Assembly (NCBI GenBank): GCA_903813345.2
Contig: CAIIXF020000001.1
Location: 16,058,001-16,122,000 of the forward strand
Length of the DNA: 64,000 nt
Origin: Owenia fusiformis
Taxonomy: Eukaryota
Direction: 5' to 3'
The notes below the pieces were generated by a model, which ran no database searches, was not told where the DNA came from, and saw nothing but the letters and a program-made list of their open reading frames with translations. Positions 26,531 to 40,497 of the stretch are shown in pieces; position 1 is the first letter of the stretch; every line of letters begins with the position of its first letter. The position numbers were made by a program, and so were the translations under genes.

Positions 26531-29500
26531 TATCATAGCAATTGGAAAAAAGAGAATGAAATGGAGGAAGTTGGGGCTAAACCAGGGTAAGCGAAGGATA
26601 TACGGGAGATGAGACAAATGGCAATGGAGTGGCATTGAGCTGAAAGGTTTCTCCTTAAGGAGACAATGGGATACAGCTGATGTGAATACTCAACCGTGGC
26701 AACAAAGTGCCCCACCCCAGTGGGGTTCACTCTAAATAATTTGGGTAGGTATGTCCAGCACAACCAATTTTGGCTTTTGGCATCAACCATGGAAACTCAG
26801 GCCAATCTGAGAGGAAAAAAAGGGAGGAAAAAATCACTTGAAATATTTGAGAGAAAGCCCCGGAGCCCAACCCAACTTACCAATCAACAAACCAACCTAC
26901 CAACTAACCAACCAACCAAACTAGTTTATGAAAATCTAGGTATCATAGAAGGTCTGGCCTTCACCGCAAACATTGACTCATCTATTAACCTAATGTTCAC
27001 AGGGGACATATTTTCAGGGTTAGTGAATAAATTTGACATGATTGTACTGTAATAATTCTTACCTCTGGGACGATTCCTATCTATAACTGCCACAATAAAT
27101 CAATGGGAAAATGTTCCCGCTGATTGCACGTACTAGAGGATGACAGTTAGGAAGACAAGGTTAAATGTAAAAGGAATTACGTGTTTTTTATGTCAATTAT
27201 GAAAATCCAAACCTTGCCCACGTGATAGATAAAACACATGACTTAAATATAGATATTGCTGATAAAATAATGCATTACAGTTCTATAAAATACATGTAGC
27301 CAGGATTTTGAAGAAGGAAACTGAATACCAATAGAACTTGAAGAAATCATTTTTGGCTTAGAAATTATTTTTGGCTTTTGAAAATTTGGTTCAATGTTCT
27401 TTGAGTTGAGCAAGTTTTATATTTGGAATTTCATTAAAGAGACATAGTGCACAATTAGAGTATCACCTTGATACTTTTGTACTAGTAGATGTAAAACAGG
27501 TTTATCCATCTACAGGGTGTTTAAAAAATGCAACCCACCAAACAGCTCATATCATTTTAATAAAGAGAGTATAACAAATCTTGTTTCACAAACAAACTGA
27601 CTGACTGATAGACAGAGGGCTTCCCTTTATCCCTTCTGAATGATTGTCATATTTCAGTGACATTGATAATCTTAATTTAATTGACCAATTGATAAGTCTT
27701 CTCTAGCTTTACTTGATAATTGTTTAATTTATACATTGATTGGGATGTCCTCGATAATTGACCACAGAATTGATATATTCATACATTCAATCACTGAACA
27801 TTTTAATTTGAGTAGACATTCAAAACTTTCTATTGACATAGGATGATCTTAAGAGAGATGCTGTCTGTGATGAATATGCCTAAAATACCATGTCAGCAAG
27901 GAGGGAAAAATTAGCTGAAACTGCCAAAAAAGCAAAAGAAATTGCCAAAGCAAAAGTCTTGCAACAAATGTTCCCCTATTCTCTCTCACATGGGGAGAAG
28001 GTAAAATCATTATATTTATGGTAGTCAGAAACTCGATGCACTACAACTATAGAGAAATCTGAGGAAAAAGTCCTCTAATATAGAAAGGATTTATTCAAGC
28101 CAAAGACTAAGTCAAACTATTCAAACACTAAGTTACCATATCAACAAGAGAGAAAAATAGACAAGGCCTAGAAAATTGTATCAAATCAACTTTATCCAAA
28201 TAACCAAACATCATTTTCTGATTATAGAACATCTGAAAATATCTCAGATATGTCATCACATACAATTATTAAAAGATCTAAGAGTCTGCAAATCATCTCG
28301 TAATAGAAACCCAGTGACACAGAATTGAAAAGATTTCCCTAATTAGGACCCCTATCAGGAATGATAAAGTCCAAATCTTATATAAATACTGCATAACTCT
28401 GAGAGTAAAATCAATAGGTATCAATAGTACAATATACATTATTTATTTGATTGTGAGTAACTTGGATAAAAGAGCGAGTCTGAATATTTAATCCATCATG
28501 ATATACCATGGCAATTTCTATCAGAGATCTGTCCTTTTTACGAGAAAAGATGTACCCGGAAAACATTTCATTTGTGCAATTTTCTTTTGAAATTCAATAA
28601 AAATATTGGTATAATATTTAAAAACTTTAAAACCATATTACGAAGGAAGACTGAAAAATCCCTGCTCAAAAAAACTCATGATCATCTGGTCAACAGTCAT
28701 CCCCATACTTTATTCCCTTTATGTTTTTAAAGATTTTAATAAATTCATTTTCTCAAAGGTTTGGTTTTTCTTTCAATACATGTTTGTAAATTAGACACTA
28801 TTGGCAATGACATTATGAGTTGTAAATCCCACATAACATATTTCATTGAGTGGCAGGTATATTCAAATGAATATGAGACATCACTCCATCACTTTTCAAG
28901 TGAAAACTAAAGATATAATAATGTAGATATAATATGAGCTGAACAAAAAATAATAATGTTGAACAATATTTCATCGATGCAACTGCAATCGATGGGTTAA
29001 TACATGTAAATCCCTTATGTTCTATTATTACCAGCCATTACCCCTTTCTTAACAATTCTTCTTAATAATGGATACTTATTATCTAATTGAGAAGCTGAAA
29101 GTGAAAATCTATTAAGATATGCCACCTCACAATTATTGATCACGTAATCCTACAAATGAAACGGAGCATTATACTTTTCATGAGTCCTCATTTCATACTT
29201 AAATATATTCAGATTGATCTTTGAGCGAAGTTCTAGATGTTGATTGGCAAGGGGTGGCAAAGGAGGGAGAGGGTAATATGGGAGATAGGGGGTGTTACAC
29301 TACACAGGCATTGTGGGCCTAGGTTGTATAATCACCATGTCTGTCGCTTAGCAATCGACTCAAATTTATCACATCCTCAATGTGTGACAAATATTTAGTT
29401 TTCCAATTTACCTAAGAAGCAATCTTTTTTCTCTTTAAACTCAACAAATTGAATTTCATCAGATAATACATTGGCAATATGAGTAAAACAAAGGAAAACA

Positions 29501-29977
29501 TTCAACAAACTACATCCATAACAAGGCATTAACATGAAAAATGTCACCACCTGCCATTTGTTACAGATGCTAAACACTGAACACCGACTGCTGAATGCGA
29601 AACACCAACCACTGAACACCGTCAACAAAAAGTTGTGGTGGTGACATAAAAACAGAAACATGGCGCCAAAATCTGTATAAGAGTTATATAACAACCAACT
29701 AAAAAAAACATCCGGGTCCATAAAGATTTTTTGTTTAGCTGGACCAAGTGATATGGCGCTGGATATGATGTGATGCTCCCAGCGAAATCGTCACGAAATG
29801 TTCAAAAATACAATTTTTTGAAATCTGGGATTTCTATCTTACCCATTATTTGAGTCATTTCTGGAGTGCTTTCAATTTGGAAACCACACTGTGCGCTCAT
29901 TAGAGAGAATACGGTAAGAGATAAATTGTTGTTTTAAGTTGTATAATGAATGACCATTGTATAGTCATTTTACTTAC

Positions 29978-30365
29978 ATGTTATGTTCTCATCATCTGAG
30001 CTGTATCCATCGTAATTACCTGGATCTTCATCATCCGAGTCTGATCCTATAGTTATCTTAATGGCATCTTCTATAGGGGGGTATATAGTGGGAGGGCTGC
30101 AACCTATTAGGGCGGGCGCAGCTAATAACGCAAGTGCTCCTATCCCAGGCATAGATACAGAAGAAGACAAACCAAAACCAAATCCACGCTCAATTCCATG
30201 TTTCTTTTTCTTTGATTGATGAAAACTAAATTTGTCTAATTTTCTCATGATGGGGGACTTCAATGATTGAGTCGGGCGATATGTTGGTGCTTCTTTTACA
30301 TCTCGATGATGAATCTCCGAAAAACTACGTGACATTAAGCTATCCATGGCTAGAGATGCTAGCAT
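29978..30365 (-). CDS. Alternative first coding exon, disordered N-terminus (phase 1)
   Basis: 129 open codons (SRSFSE, SSSVSMP, IKITIGSDSDDED) ending ACAT|GTAAGT. Confidence 0.7.
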
Positions 30366-31540
30366 CAATGCAATGTTTGAGATAAGAAGAGTAGATTTAT
30401 AGAATCACAGCTAATCCAATATAGCGTATTCACGAGATAAATCCATGATATGGTTGCATGACAAAGACGCACTGATTTCTACAACAACAGCAACAAAGAG
30501 TGGATGTTTACAAGGAATGATCCCTCTTCAATCATATTACATCCTATTGAAGAATCAATCAAAATTGATATACAGGTTCACAGCATAGAACACATTTCCA
30601 TTGTTAAGTATCAATTATACGCATGTATTTTAAAAATACCCTTGAGGCAATTTGTAAATAATTATTTTCCTATGCAGGCACAATGTGAATTCTAATTTGT
30701 CGTTAATGTTTTAAGTTGCAACTTAAATCAGGTTCATATAATCCATTTTGTTGTTTTTCTTGTTGTAATATATGATACGATTGATAGCTTTCTTTTAATC
30801 ATGCATTTCGTATCATAGTAAGATATCCTCATAAATGTCTCAATTAAAATACATCTCTGTTGTTTTCCTTTAGGTAAACATCTTATGTTTTGCAAAGAGA
30901 ATTAAGTAAGCAATCCTGACGAAGCAGTAATTCATTAACTAGTCACTTTTTTATCATCACTCGTTGTCAGTGTGAGTCAATAAACTATAAAACAACAAAT
31001 CCTACAATTTTTATAATTATGTTCTTCTCCAGCAGCTATTGAATGACACTAGATGATCATATATCAGGACATTGCACAAATCCCCCAGGTAAAGTCCAAT
31101 CTGTGGCAATTTATCGACTGATTCAGCCAAACAAAAGTAGCGATGATCTTGCCAATTATTTACTCCAGTGGCAGATACTATTCTGGCGTCACACTTTCTC
31201 TCAATAAAGGTTCCACTTTCGCTGTCTTTCAGAAGTCAAACTGGCTTAGCTCACTTAAGTAATTCAATCTAACCTACCTATAATCCAATATGTCCATTTA
31301 TTCTATATATTACATGGTAGAACAACTAGAACATGCATCAGCTATAGAATGGTATACATATGCAAAATGCTTGCTTTTCAGAGCCTTTTGACCAACAAAT
31401 ATTTAATTCATGAATTTTCATTAATATTCATGTATTTCTTGATTTTACAGTAGTTTCTAGAATGTTTTACATTAACATCACTAAGGTGTTACGTGAGTCA
31501 GATAGTTTCTTATTTTGGGTTTGCGGATTTCAATTAGCAT

Positions 31541-32000
31541 TAAGGTGTCTCAAAAAAATGTACCCAAAAGTATATCAACAGCATAGACAAACCAATCAAT
31601 ATTTTCAGATATTTTTTGCATGGTCTTGTAGATAAAAGATGAAAGTTTTTTCCCATATACACAATTTTTAATTCAGTTTTGCCCTTTTGATACTTTAACC
31701 CGTTACCTTTTACACCACATATTCAATGTAACCTCATATTTCGATGACAGTCTGCATCCTTATTGTTCATCACATTTGATATTTCTGGTGGAATATTTTG
31801 ATTTCTGTTTGGACGCTGGCCTAAGTTGTTCTAGGTTTCTTAGCTTGGGTTTAGCATAAAAATGGTCCTTCAAATAGCCTCAGAGAAAAAAGTATGGGCT
31901 GTCAAATGTGGTGAATAGGGAGGCCCTCACATTGTTTTATAGCCCCCTTATACAGAGAGGTCAGAGGTTCAAGAAACTGCATTGGTTGGGATTCTAGTGT
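31541..32000 (-). pseudogene. Decayed Tc1/mariner-superfamily (maT/rosa-like) transposase 3' end
   Basis: The minus strand at about 31800-31925 reads PPYSPHLTAH/FFL*GYLKDHFY across a frameshift, matching the WPPRSPDL...DFFLWGYLK motif. A TIR-like AGGTGTCTCAAAAAAATGTACCC lies at about 31543. Confidence 0.65.
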
Positions 32001-32389
32001 AGCTTTTGTTGTGTGTATCAATTTGAGACCACTGTGTTTTCATTTGGATATCATTTGGTCTCCAGGCTAGCCTGCCTAACTCTGGAAGGTAACTCCTGAA
32101 TCATTTGCCGATAATTGACCTGATAATCTGTGTTTGTTCTGCCATCGTCATCCTCAAACATCTTTCTCTGTGGCTTTTTGAAGGAGTGTTTTAATGATCA
32201 TTCCAAGCAAAAAGACCGAGAACAACTTTAGGGCGTTTATTTACTTCACACATCTCAATATCTCTAAGTTGTTCTCTGCGCAGTGTTTCTTAATTCTTAA
32301 CCTGTTTATCTTGTCAGTTTTAAAGATTATTTTATAATTAATGAAAATCTAAATATACTTATCTTTCAGAGGATTAACAAGAGGGAGGT

Positions 32390-32818
32390 ATAGATCTGTT
32401 TTAGATTTTGCTTTGGTTTGGTTCAGGAAATTGATTGCCCAAAGTTGGCACTTACAGCATGTAGATTAAAACACAACTTCAAGGGTTTTAGTTGAATAAT
32501 CTGTTTTTTATTTTTTAAAAAGATAATAATTTTGAGGGTTTTAATTAAAATTATAATTTTTTTATCAGTCCAATGCACATCCTTCAAATTAGTATGTACC
32601 TCTTAAAAACTAGACAAAAATTATAATTTCGATTAAAATCCTCAAAAGTATTATTCTAATCAAAAACCCCAAAATTATTATTTTTATTAAAAATCAAATT
32701 ATTATTTTAAATAAAAAACCTTGAAGTTGTTATTTTAATCTATATTTAAGATGTAAGTACCAACATTGGACAATCAATTTCCTACTAAATCAAACCAAAA
32801 TCTAAAACAGATGCATAT
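32390..32818. mobile_element. Foldback/MITE-like long inverted repeat
   Basis: ATCTGTTTTAGATTTTG...GGAAATTGATTG is mirrored by CAATCAATTTCC...CAAAATCTAAAACAGAT. Confidence 0.7.
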
Positions 32819-33821
32819 TTTAGAAAAGGTGCATCTTTACCTTTCCCTCCCTAACTTGCTGACTTGGGGGTGTATCTTATAAAGAAAGTTCATTTACCTT
32901 GTTATGGTATACCATTGTAAGAAAGGAGATGTAATGAGAATCACTTGTGTTCAATGTGGACATTATCCGATATAATAGAGTAATTTACACATAGAATGTA
33001 GTTTCCTGAACATGCAGTACCACCATGCTGATCCTCTAAGAGTGCATTCACCATTTACAGTTTTATAATTCATTAAAAGTGTTCATGTTCAGTTACAGTA
33101 AACAGTAATCCCTAGAAGATTAAACAAGGCATAAACATGCAAGATGTTACCACCTGCTATTTGTTACAGATGCTGACCACAAAACATCAACCTCTGATCA
33201 CAAACTGATGAATGCCAAACACCAACCACCAAACAACAAACACCAAACAACAACCGCAAAGAGTTGGAGACTATAACAAAATGTGACATAATAAAAATGG
33301 GGTCGGAAAAGTGTTCACATTGATAGGTATTCAAGATAGAGAGGTGTTTGGATTTATGAATTTTACTGTACATTATGTTTTGAGCACCATCAGAATGTTC
33401 TGTAACTCTGCAGAACACATGGGGATAAAGAAACATTCAAGGAAATTGCCTGTTCTCATTGAGACAGTTATTGTATCAGAAAAGCCGTAAGAGTGATTTT
33501 TACAGATTTTTAATCAAGAGCTGTTCCTGTATTGAGAGACCTCACATCCCCATCAGGCCATATCACATTAACTACAGAGGCATAAATAAAGTCATCTGCC
33601 ACTAGAGCAGGAAAATAATCATTGACTATAGACACGCATCATGCCCTTGTGACCCGCCTCCATATACACCTCAACTCTACAACTGAGAATGTGAATTAGA
33701 TAGTAGGGGTCAGAGACAAGATGCAATTACTACCTAACTAGACAAATTAGCTTCTACTAACTACAGATGATTAATAAGATCTTAACAACCTTCAATGGAG
33801 CTTTAGCTACTCATATATACC

Positions 33822-34049
33822 CAGGGGTGGATCTGGGAACCAACAAGGGGGGGGGGGCAAATTTCAGGTCAGAGAAGCTTGCGGGAAAAAAAATTTGGGC
33901 CCCAAATTTGGAAATTTTTCTTCAAAATTTGCCCTGAAATTAAGAATAAGGCCTTAAAAGGCCCAGTAATGACCAAAAAGGCCCACTTTTAGGGGCCTTA
34001 AGGCCTACCTAGTGGGCCAAAAAGTGCCCCCCTCCCAGATCCGCCAGTG
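33822..34049. mobile_element. hAT-like MITE
   Basis: CAGGGGTGGATCTGGG...CCCAGATCCGCCAGTG termini with poly-G and poly-C subterminal runs. Confidence 0.6.
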
Positions 34050-34805
34050 ATACCAAGAGTTTAAATGTGAAATAAATGTCAGCTTTTGTCCAGACTTTTC
34101 TGATTTTCTCTGAATGTGGAATACAGGCTAAAACAAATAATTAGCTCTGATTCAAAGAATATAGATGAAGCCATGCTCCTACAATGGTAACATACAGTAA
34201 GACTAAGTAGAAGCTGAGACAGGAATAGAAGCGTGTCTACTAGTGGTACAGTAAAAAGTCCTAGAGTCGCCTTATTGACGTAATCTCAAATAATCATGTC
34301 CACTCTAATGTATTTATTTGCGATTTGTTGTAGTCTGTTTAAACCGCTATAATGAACTAGTTAGATGTTAGCAGAGGAAAATACAAAATTATGAACCGGT
34401 ATGATCTGACATAATCTTTTTGTATTTATGAATGTCACAAATAGACTGTTTTTGAAGTGAATTCATGCAATCTTTACCAACTTTTTATCATGAAATATGA
34501 ACATCAAGACACATTATTGATGCACTTTCAGCTCCATTTTTCCTAATCTTGTAGACTCGAGTCTCTAAACTCGCACCACTGGTATATATACAGCTAATTT
34601 GTCTACCTCCAAGCCTCTGAAAGATATATCCATAGAACATCACTAAAACCTATTTGAGAAGAACACAAACCATATGCTAGAACATAAAAGATACATATAC
34701 AAGAACAATCTTGAATCAACAACCTCGTGGGTTATGTACACTGCCAGAATGGAGCCAGCCCACATAATCATACTTGAGCAAAATAGTGCCTTGAAGTGCC
34801 CTCCT

Positions 34806-35838
34806 TAGTGATTTTTAAATTACCTCTTCTGCACTAAGGTTCCAATACACCATTGGAAAGCTGAGAGTGTCAGCTTTAAGAATCTAACCTCCATTAAAAT
34901 TGTGGCTGAATGCAAAATTAGATATTAATCCTTCCACCACCAAGGGGTAAAATTAAGAAATCAATCATGCTTTTTCAATCAAAATATATTTTGACAATCG
35001 GTTTCTATTTTCAATCTAAATGTTCATAACAACAAAGTTTGTGGTCTCGGTAACACAATAGTATTTAATAATTATGATGTTTACACTTTGTGGTTAGGAT
35101 TACATTTTCTCTTTGAAATTACCACCCAATATCCATGAAAACAATGTCAAGTTTCTTTTTTACATCATAATTTTTCATTAATTCCTCATATAAAACAGGA
35201 GAATGTACTTTAATTGCATAAAGGATATATTTGTGTCACTCTTCATGATAAGTTGTGTGACTTTGCTTCTCTCCTTAGTTTATATGAGGGTGGAAGAGTG
35301 GTTGTATATGAACATACTCTAAATATTCTCCAAACTTATAATTTGACATTGAATTAATTATTGTAAATCTAAAAATAATCCATTCTGGCCATAGGGGTAT
35401 TTGTCATTTTGAAATTGATTTTCATAAAATTAATAAATAACCCCTTGGGAATGAAAGGGTTAATATCTAATTTTACATTCACTAACTATACAACAGCAAC
35501 GCCAAAGCATTGCAAATCCCATCGAACAGCCATGGCTGGCATTTTTACAAACAAAGTATATAACAAAAATGGCAGCCATTTTTCAAGCAGAACTTCTACC
35601 CCCATAGGGTATATGTGTACAAAATATGAACAAAATCGGGCCAACGATATTTGAGTTATTGCCTGGACAGACGGACGGATGTACGTGCAGACAGACGGAG
35701 GCGTTCCCTATATCCCTCCGAACTTTGTTCGATGGGATAAGAATTCAAATGGAAGTCAGATTCTTAAAGCTGACCATTTCAGCTTTCCAATGGTATATTG
35801 GAACCTTAGTTCAGAGGTGGTCATTTATATCACCCTAG
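34806..35838. mobile_element. MITE with long TIRs; right arm interrupted by a HINE insertion
   Basis: ACTAAGGTTCCAATACACCATTGGAAAGCTGA (about 34833) is mirrored at about 35780-35811. 34921-34948 is mirrored at 35440-35467. Confidence 0.75.
35491..35740 (-). mobile_element. HINE-like family B with a GACA/GACG microsatellite
   Basis: AACAGCAACGCCAAAGC...AAATCCCATCGAACAG start, GACAGACGGACGG tract and terminal ATCCC...TCGATGGGAT inverted repeat. Relatives at about 38490-38712, 62040-62460 and 63328-64000. Confidence 0.65.
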
Positions 35839-36758
35839 TTTGCTCTACTATCATGACAAATTACAAATGAGGCAGACATTACTACCAACTATGATGTTCT
35901 GTGGTGTAGCATGCATATTTTGTGAGTGTACGCTATGAGTGAGCAAAGCGAACGAGCTTTGAGGGGGGTTAGGGGGAAAATTTGAAGATGAGATTGCATT
36001 TGAAGCATTCTGGGGCGCTTAAAAACACAAAATTCCGACTAATATGGATTAATAAAATGTAAATTATTGGCCATTTTTCAGAATATCCAGTATTTTTAAA
36101 GTGTGGGGCAAATCAATAAAAAAAACTTTTCTCTAAACTTTGAGAGTACACCATGGCATTTCATACCCATATGACGCTAAGCCATTGATGTTGATAATAT
36201 AAGAAAAACACAAACATAAACAAGTATTTCAAAATTACATAGGTATGGACAAGGTAGACTGCAAACAAACTGATGAAACAAAAAATATTTCTTATTTCTC
36301 AATTGCCGATTGGCACTTTTCTACTCTTGAACCTACTTATAAAACAGCAGGAAAGATGAATTGTGGCGTCTTTAATGGCAAGCTCTATAGTTCATCATAT
36401 GAGAAATGAAACAAATATAATTATTGTAAACATGATATAAATTACAAGACAAGATGATGTTGTGTTATTAATTCCAATTTTCTACTATAGTTATTAAATG
36501 AGTCAAGTAACACACAGAAAATCGTGATCAAGTAAAGTCTGTTATAAAGATTCAGTATCAAATGATCATGAATTTTAGTCTCATTTCTAAACGAAAAATT
36601 TCAAAACTCACAAGAAATGATCGAGATATTGGTTTGAATCGTTTGAACTGTTTATTTTGAATTTATAAGTCGGTTATAATTTCAGAAAATAATGACATTT
36701 CAACGTTTTCATTGTTGGAAAATATCGAGTTTCAATCATGGGAGCCAATTCTCCTTGA

Positions 36759-38008
36759 CCCAGCCTATTGACAGGTATAGCAGGCGTATACCAAAAGTAT
36801 ACCTCATTTACGCCTCACTTACAGGTATATACCAAAAGTACGCCTCATTTTTCAGGTATTCTTGAGGCGTATACCAAATCAATACCTCATTTACTTTAAC
36901 ATTTTCATTATATACCTCATTTCCAGGCGTATGTACCAAAAGTGCGCCTCAAAAACTTATACATTTTCATTATATACCTCATTTCAAGGCGTATATACTA
37001 AAAGTGCGCCTCAAAAACTTACACATTTTCATTATATACCTTATTTACAGGCGTATATACCAAAAGTGCGCCTTAAAAACTCTAATGATTAAATCTACAG
37101 ATAGATATACCAAAAGTACGCCTCAAAAACTTAGAGAATTTGCAAGCAATATATTTCCGAAAAATTTTCCATTTTTATCATAGTATTTGATTAGGATCAT
37201 AAGAGAGACAGATTATATATTGGATAAACAGACCAATAAATTGTCCTTTCAACTCCTCAATGGCGTCTTATCAAAAATTGTTAAAAAATAATCAAAAAGC
37301 CTGGGAGACCTAAAGTAAGATGCCTGAAAATAATAAAAATTCAAATATGGTAAAATTTAAAATATAAAACAAAAATACAATATATAGGAAATTGTCATAT
37401 AATTTATATAAGAATATTACATAATTTTTGCTGCATCATTTTAAAGTTTTCATAGACCTGTATCTTATTAATGAGACAAGCTATTGCTAGAAAACAACAA
37501 AGCAATTCAAACTAAATGTACAACTCATTTAATTATGGAGGTTACTACATATACCAAACACTTTCCTCATAACAACAAAGAAATAAAACTATACCAACAA
37601 ACTAGGTATGTACCTCTTATCAGGCGTATACCTGAAAAGTAGGTATTTACCAATAATAAGCCCTAGTTGCTGCCCCAATAAATCAAAATGATAGGAATAG
37701 TATACCTCTTAACAGGCGATACCTGAAAAGCAGGTATATATCAAAATAATACCTATAAAACAGGTATAATGAGGCGTATACCTGACATGAGGCGTATACC
37801 TGATATGAGGTATATACCTGATATGAGGCGTATACCAATACTGCGCCTCTAGGTATACTATTGGTATAATTAGCATAATTGAAACGCGCCTGCCTATGGG
37901 ATTTTAACACAGGACTGCGCCTGTAAATTGCGCCTAAAGTACGCTTCATGAGTATACCAAAACTGCGCCTCAAAAGTATACCTAAACTGCGCCTCACTAT
38001 AGGCTGGG
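36759..38008. mobile_element. Non-autonomous CMC/EnSpm-like DNA transposon
   Basis: CCCAGCCTAT...ATAGGCTGGG termini, 2-bp GA TSD, and dense subterminal GGCGTATACC/TATACCT repeats at both ends. Confidence 0.8.
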
Positions 38009-40253
38009 GAGCTCAAACTAAGAAACTAGAAACTGTATTTGCATCAATTTTAGGGAGTCTTGTATTAGGGTCGAATTGACTTTGAAATGATCTGTTTATA
38101 GATTATGTTTATTAAACCAGGCAAAAAACCTATTTTGCATTCACATGGGAATTGCCAATACTTTATACCAAAAAGTATATTATATTGAGTTAAAATCTCA
38201 ATTTATGATGTCAAAATGATCCAGAAATATGTCAACTATCAGTTTTGGAAATTCTGACTGATAATACCTGAATAGTAAAGACAATCCTTCATTGACTTGA
38301 TATTTCTACATGGTTAGCTTTGATCAAGGGCATGAGTAAGGTGATCTCAAATCTCATTGGTTTTCAATTGAAAAAATAAATGTCTGCATTTGAAAAAATA
38401 ACAGGAATTAACAAGGCATAATGTAAACCGCTACCACCCACAAAAAACGGGAGATATAAACACAAAAATGCATGTATAACTACTGAATAATTACAAAAAC
38501 AACACCACAGAGTAGCAAATCCCACAGAACAATATTTTGTAAAATCATTCTGCATTTTGAACATTTCATGCTTGAAATAACCAGGTAGTAATTTCTGTGT
38601 CTTTTTGTGTTAAACCTGCATTTGAGTTATGTCTGAACGGATGAATAAATGGATGAAACAAATGGTTGAGTGGCTTCACTATATCCCTTCTTGGAATTTA
38701 TCGGGTGGGAAAATCATGTTACATAATATACTTCGATGAAAAATGGATGGATTCTAGATTTATAGGAAAGGACAAAATGACTTTATAAGCCAGGGGTAAA
38801 ATGTTAGTACAGACTGAGATCATTGTCGATAAACTACAAGTTATCATGAACAATTAAGTAAAATTCAGTGAGATTATACATCAGTACAATACAATCACAG
38901 TGAAAGGAGGAGATATTGATCATTATAACACTCGTTGCAAAACATGAGTTAAAAAGCTGGTTGCATCTTAGTCAATCTACACTGTGATAATGTATTGGTC
39001 CCTTGGAAACCTTAAAATACCAAACTCTACATTTCAGTCTCATCAATTGAACTGAACTTACCGTATTCTCTGTTATTATCGCCATTAGCTCTTAGAAAAT
39101 TCTAAATACCTCCTTCAGACCATTCTAATAAACGCCCACAAATGATATGAAAGAAGTCAAAAATCCCTGAGAACTTCATGTGTGTCAATTTTAATGCAGA
39201 GTAAGAGTATATGATATAATAATGACATGGATTGTTATTGGAACGTTTACAGTTAAGATCGCTAAAATCAACTAAGGATCTAACAAAAAAGTATTGAAAA
39301 AATCCCAAGTGAAACTCCACATTGTCTTTCCCAATTACCTTTCTTATCTCGACATAGAGACTGTTGGATTTTGATCTAATGTTATACTTTATGTTTCTAA
39401 TTTAATGATAGATCACCATTTTTCATGTAACAGTTGTGAGAATAAGGAGAAATGTTAAAAAGAAACAAGGAAGTTGACAACCTTGACATGCGCAGAACAC
39501 CTGTGCAGTTAAGCCTACTGGGATAAATGATAAAACAAAACTCTTGCATTTGAACATTTCCTTCGTCCATTTAGATTAGTTCAGAATGGTGTAGGAAGTA
39601 CCCAATGACTATTTATTGGGAGGATGTATCAAATTACAAAATGGATCATTTTCACTGAACTCCATTATTGCCCACTTGATTTATTTTGAATTTGGATCTT
39701 TTTCTTAAAGTCACAGTAACCTTTTGCATATCTGTTACATAATAATATTAAATGCATTCATATGGTGTTGAAACTGGTAACTATAACTACTGGTACCTTG
39801 GTAACTGATATGATATCTTTAAGTGATTAACTGAGAGTGACACTCTGTCCCAGATGAAATCTTTAACTGCCAAATTTTGATTGATGTCTCCTCACAGATT
39901 CTGATTAGACTTCCCTCTAGTATCTGTGATAAAGATAAGCCGCATGCATGACTGCCCATGACAGGTTTGTGGCCAGATCAAGCTCAATCTAACATTAGAA
40001 TCCCATGCATCAATTTGACTAAACAAATATCCAATATGCTCTATTACAGTTGTAAAGTTCAGTTGTTCTTTTTCTTGATTTGACTAATATAATTCCTTCT
40101 TGGTTGCTATTAGGTTAGCTGGCCATGGAACCAGAGAAATGCTAACTGAAAACATGGTGGGGCAGAATAGAGGTCAAGGTCATCATTCTGATCAAATATA
40201 CTTAGAAAGAAGGCAAAGTTGCTGAAGCTACCAAACTATTACAGCATATTACT

Positions 40254-40497
40254 GCAAAGAAGATCCTGTATACATCAAGATCACATATTATAGCAAAGAA
40301 GATCCTGTATACATGAAGATCACATATTAAAGCAAAGAAGATCCTGTATACATCAAGATCACATATTAAAGCAAAGAAGATCCTGTATACATGAAGATCA
40401 CATATTAAAGCAAAGAAGATCCTGTATACATGAAGATCACATATTAAAGCAAAGAAGATCATTATATACCTCAAGATCACAAATTACAGCAAAGAAC
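40254..40497. repeat. 39-bp minisatellite, about 6 copies
   Basis: Unit GCAAAGAAGATCCTGTATACATSAAGATCACATATTAAA. Confidence 0.9.

Noticed and set aside
26321-26635. ORFs with repeated peptides (FIMSPLEY here; also 40202-40480 and 37683-37997)
   Set aside because: These are translations of tandem repeats or transposon subterminal repeats.
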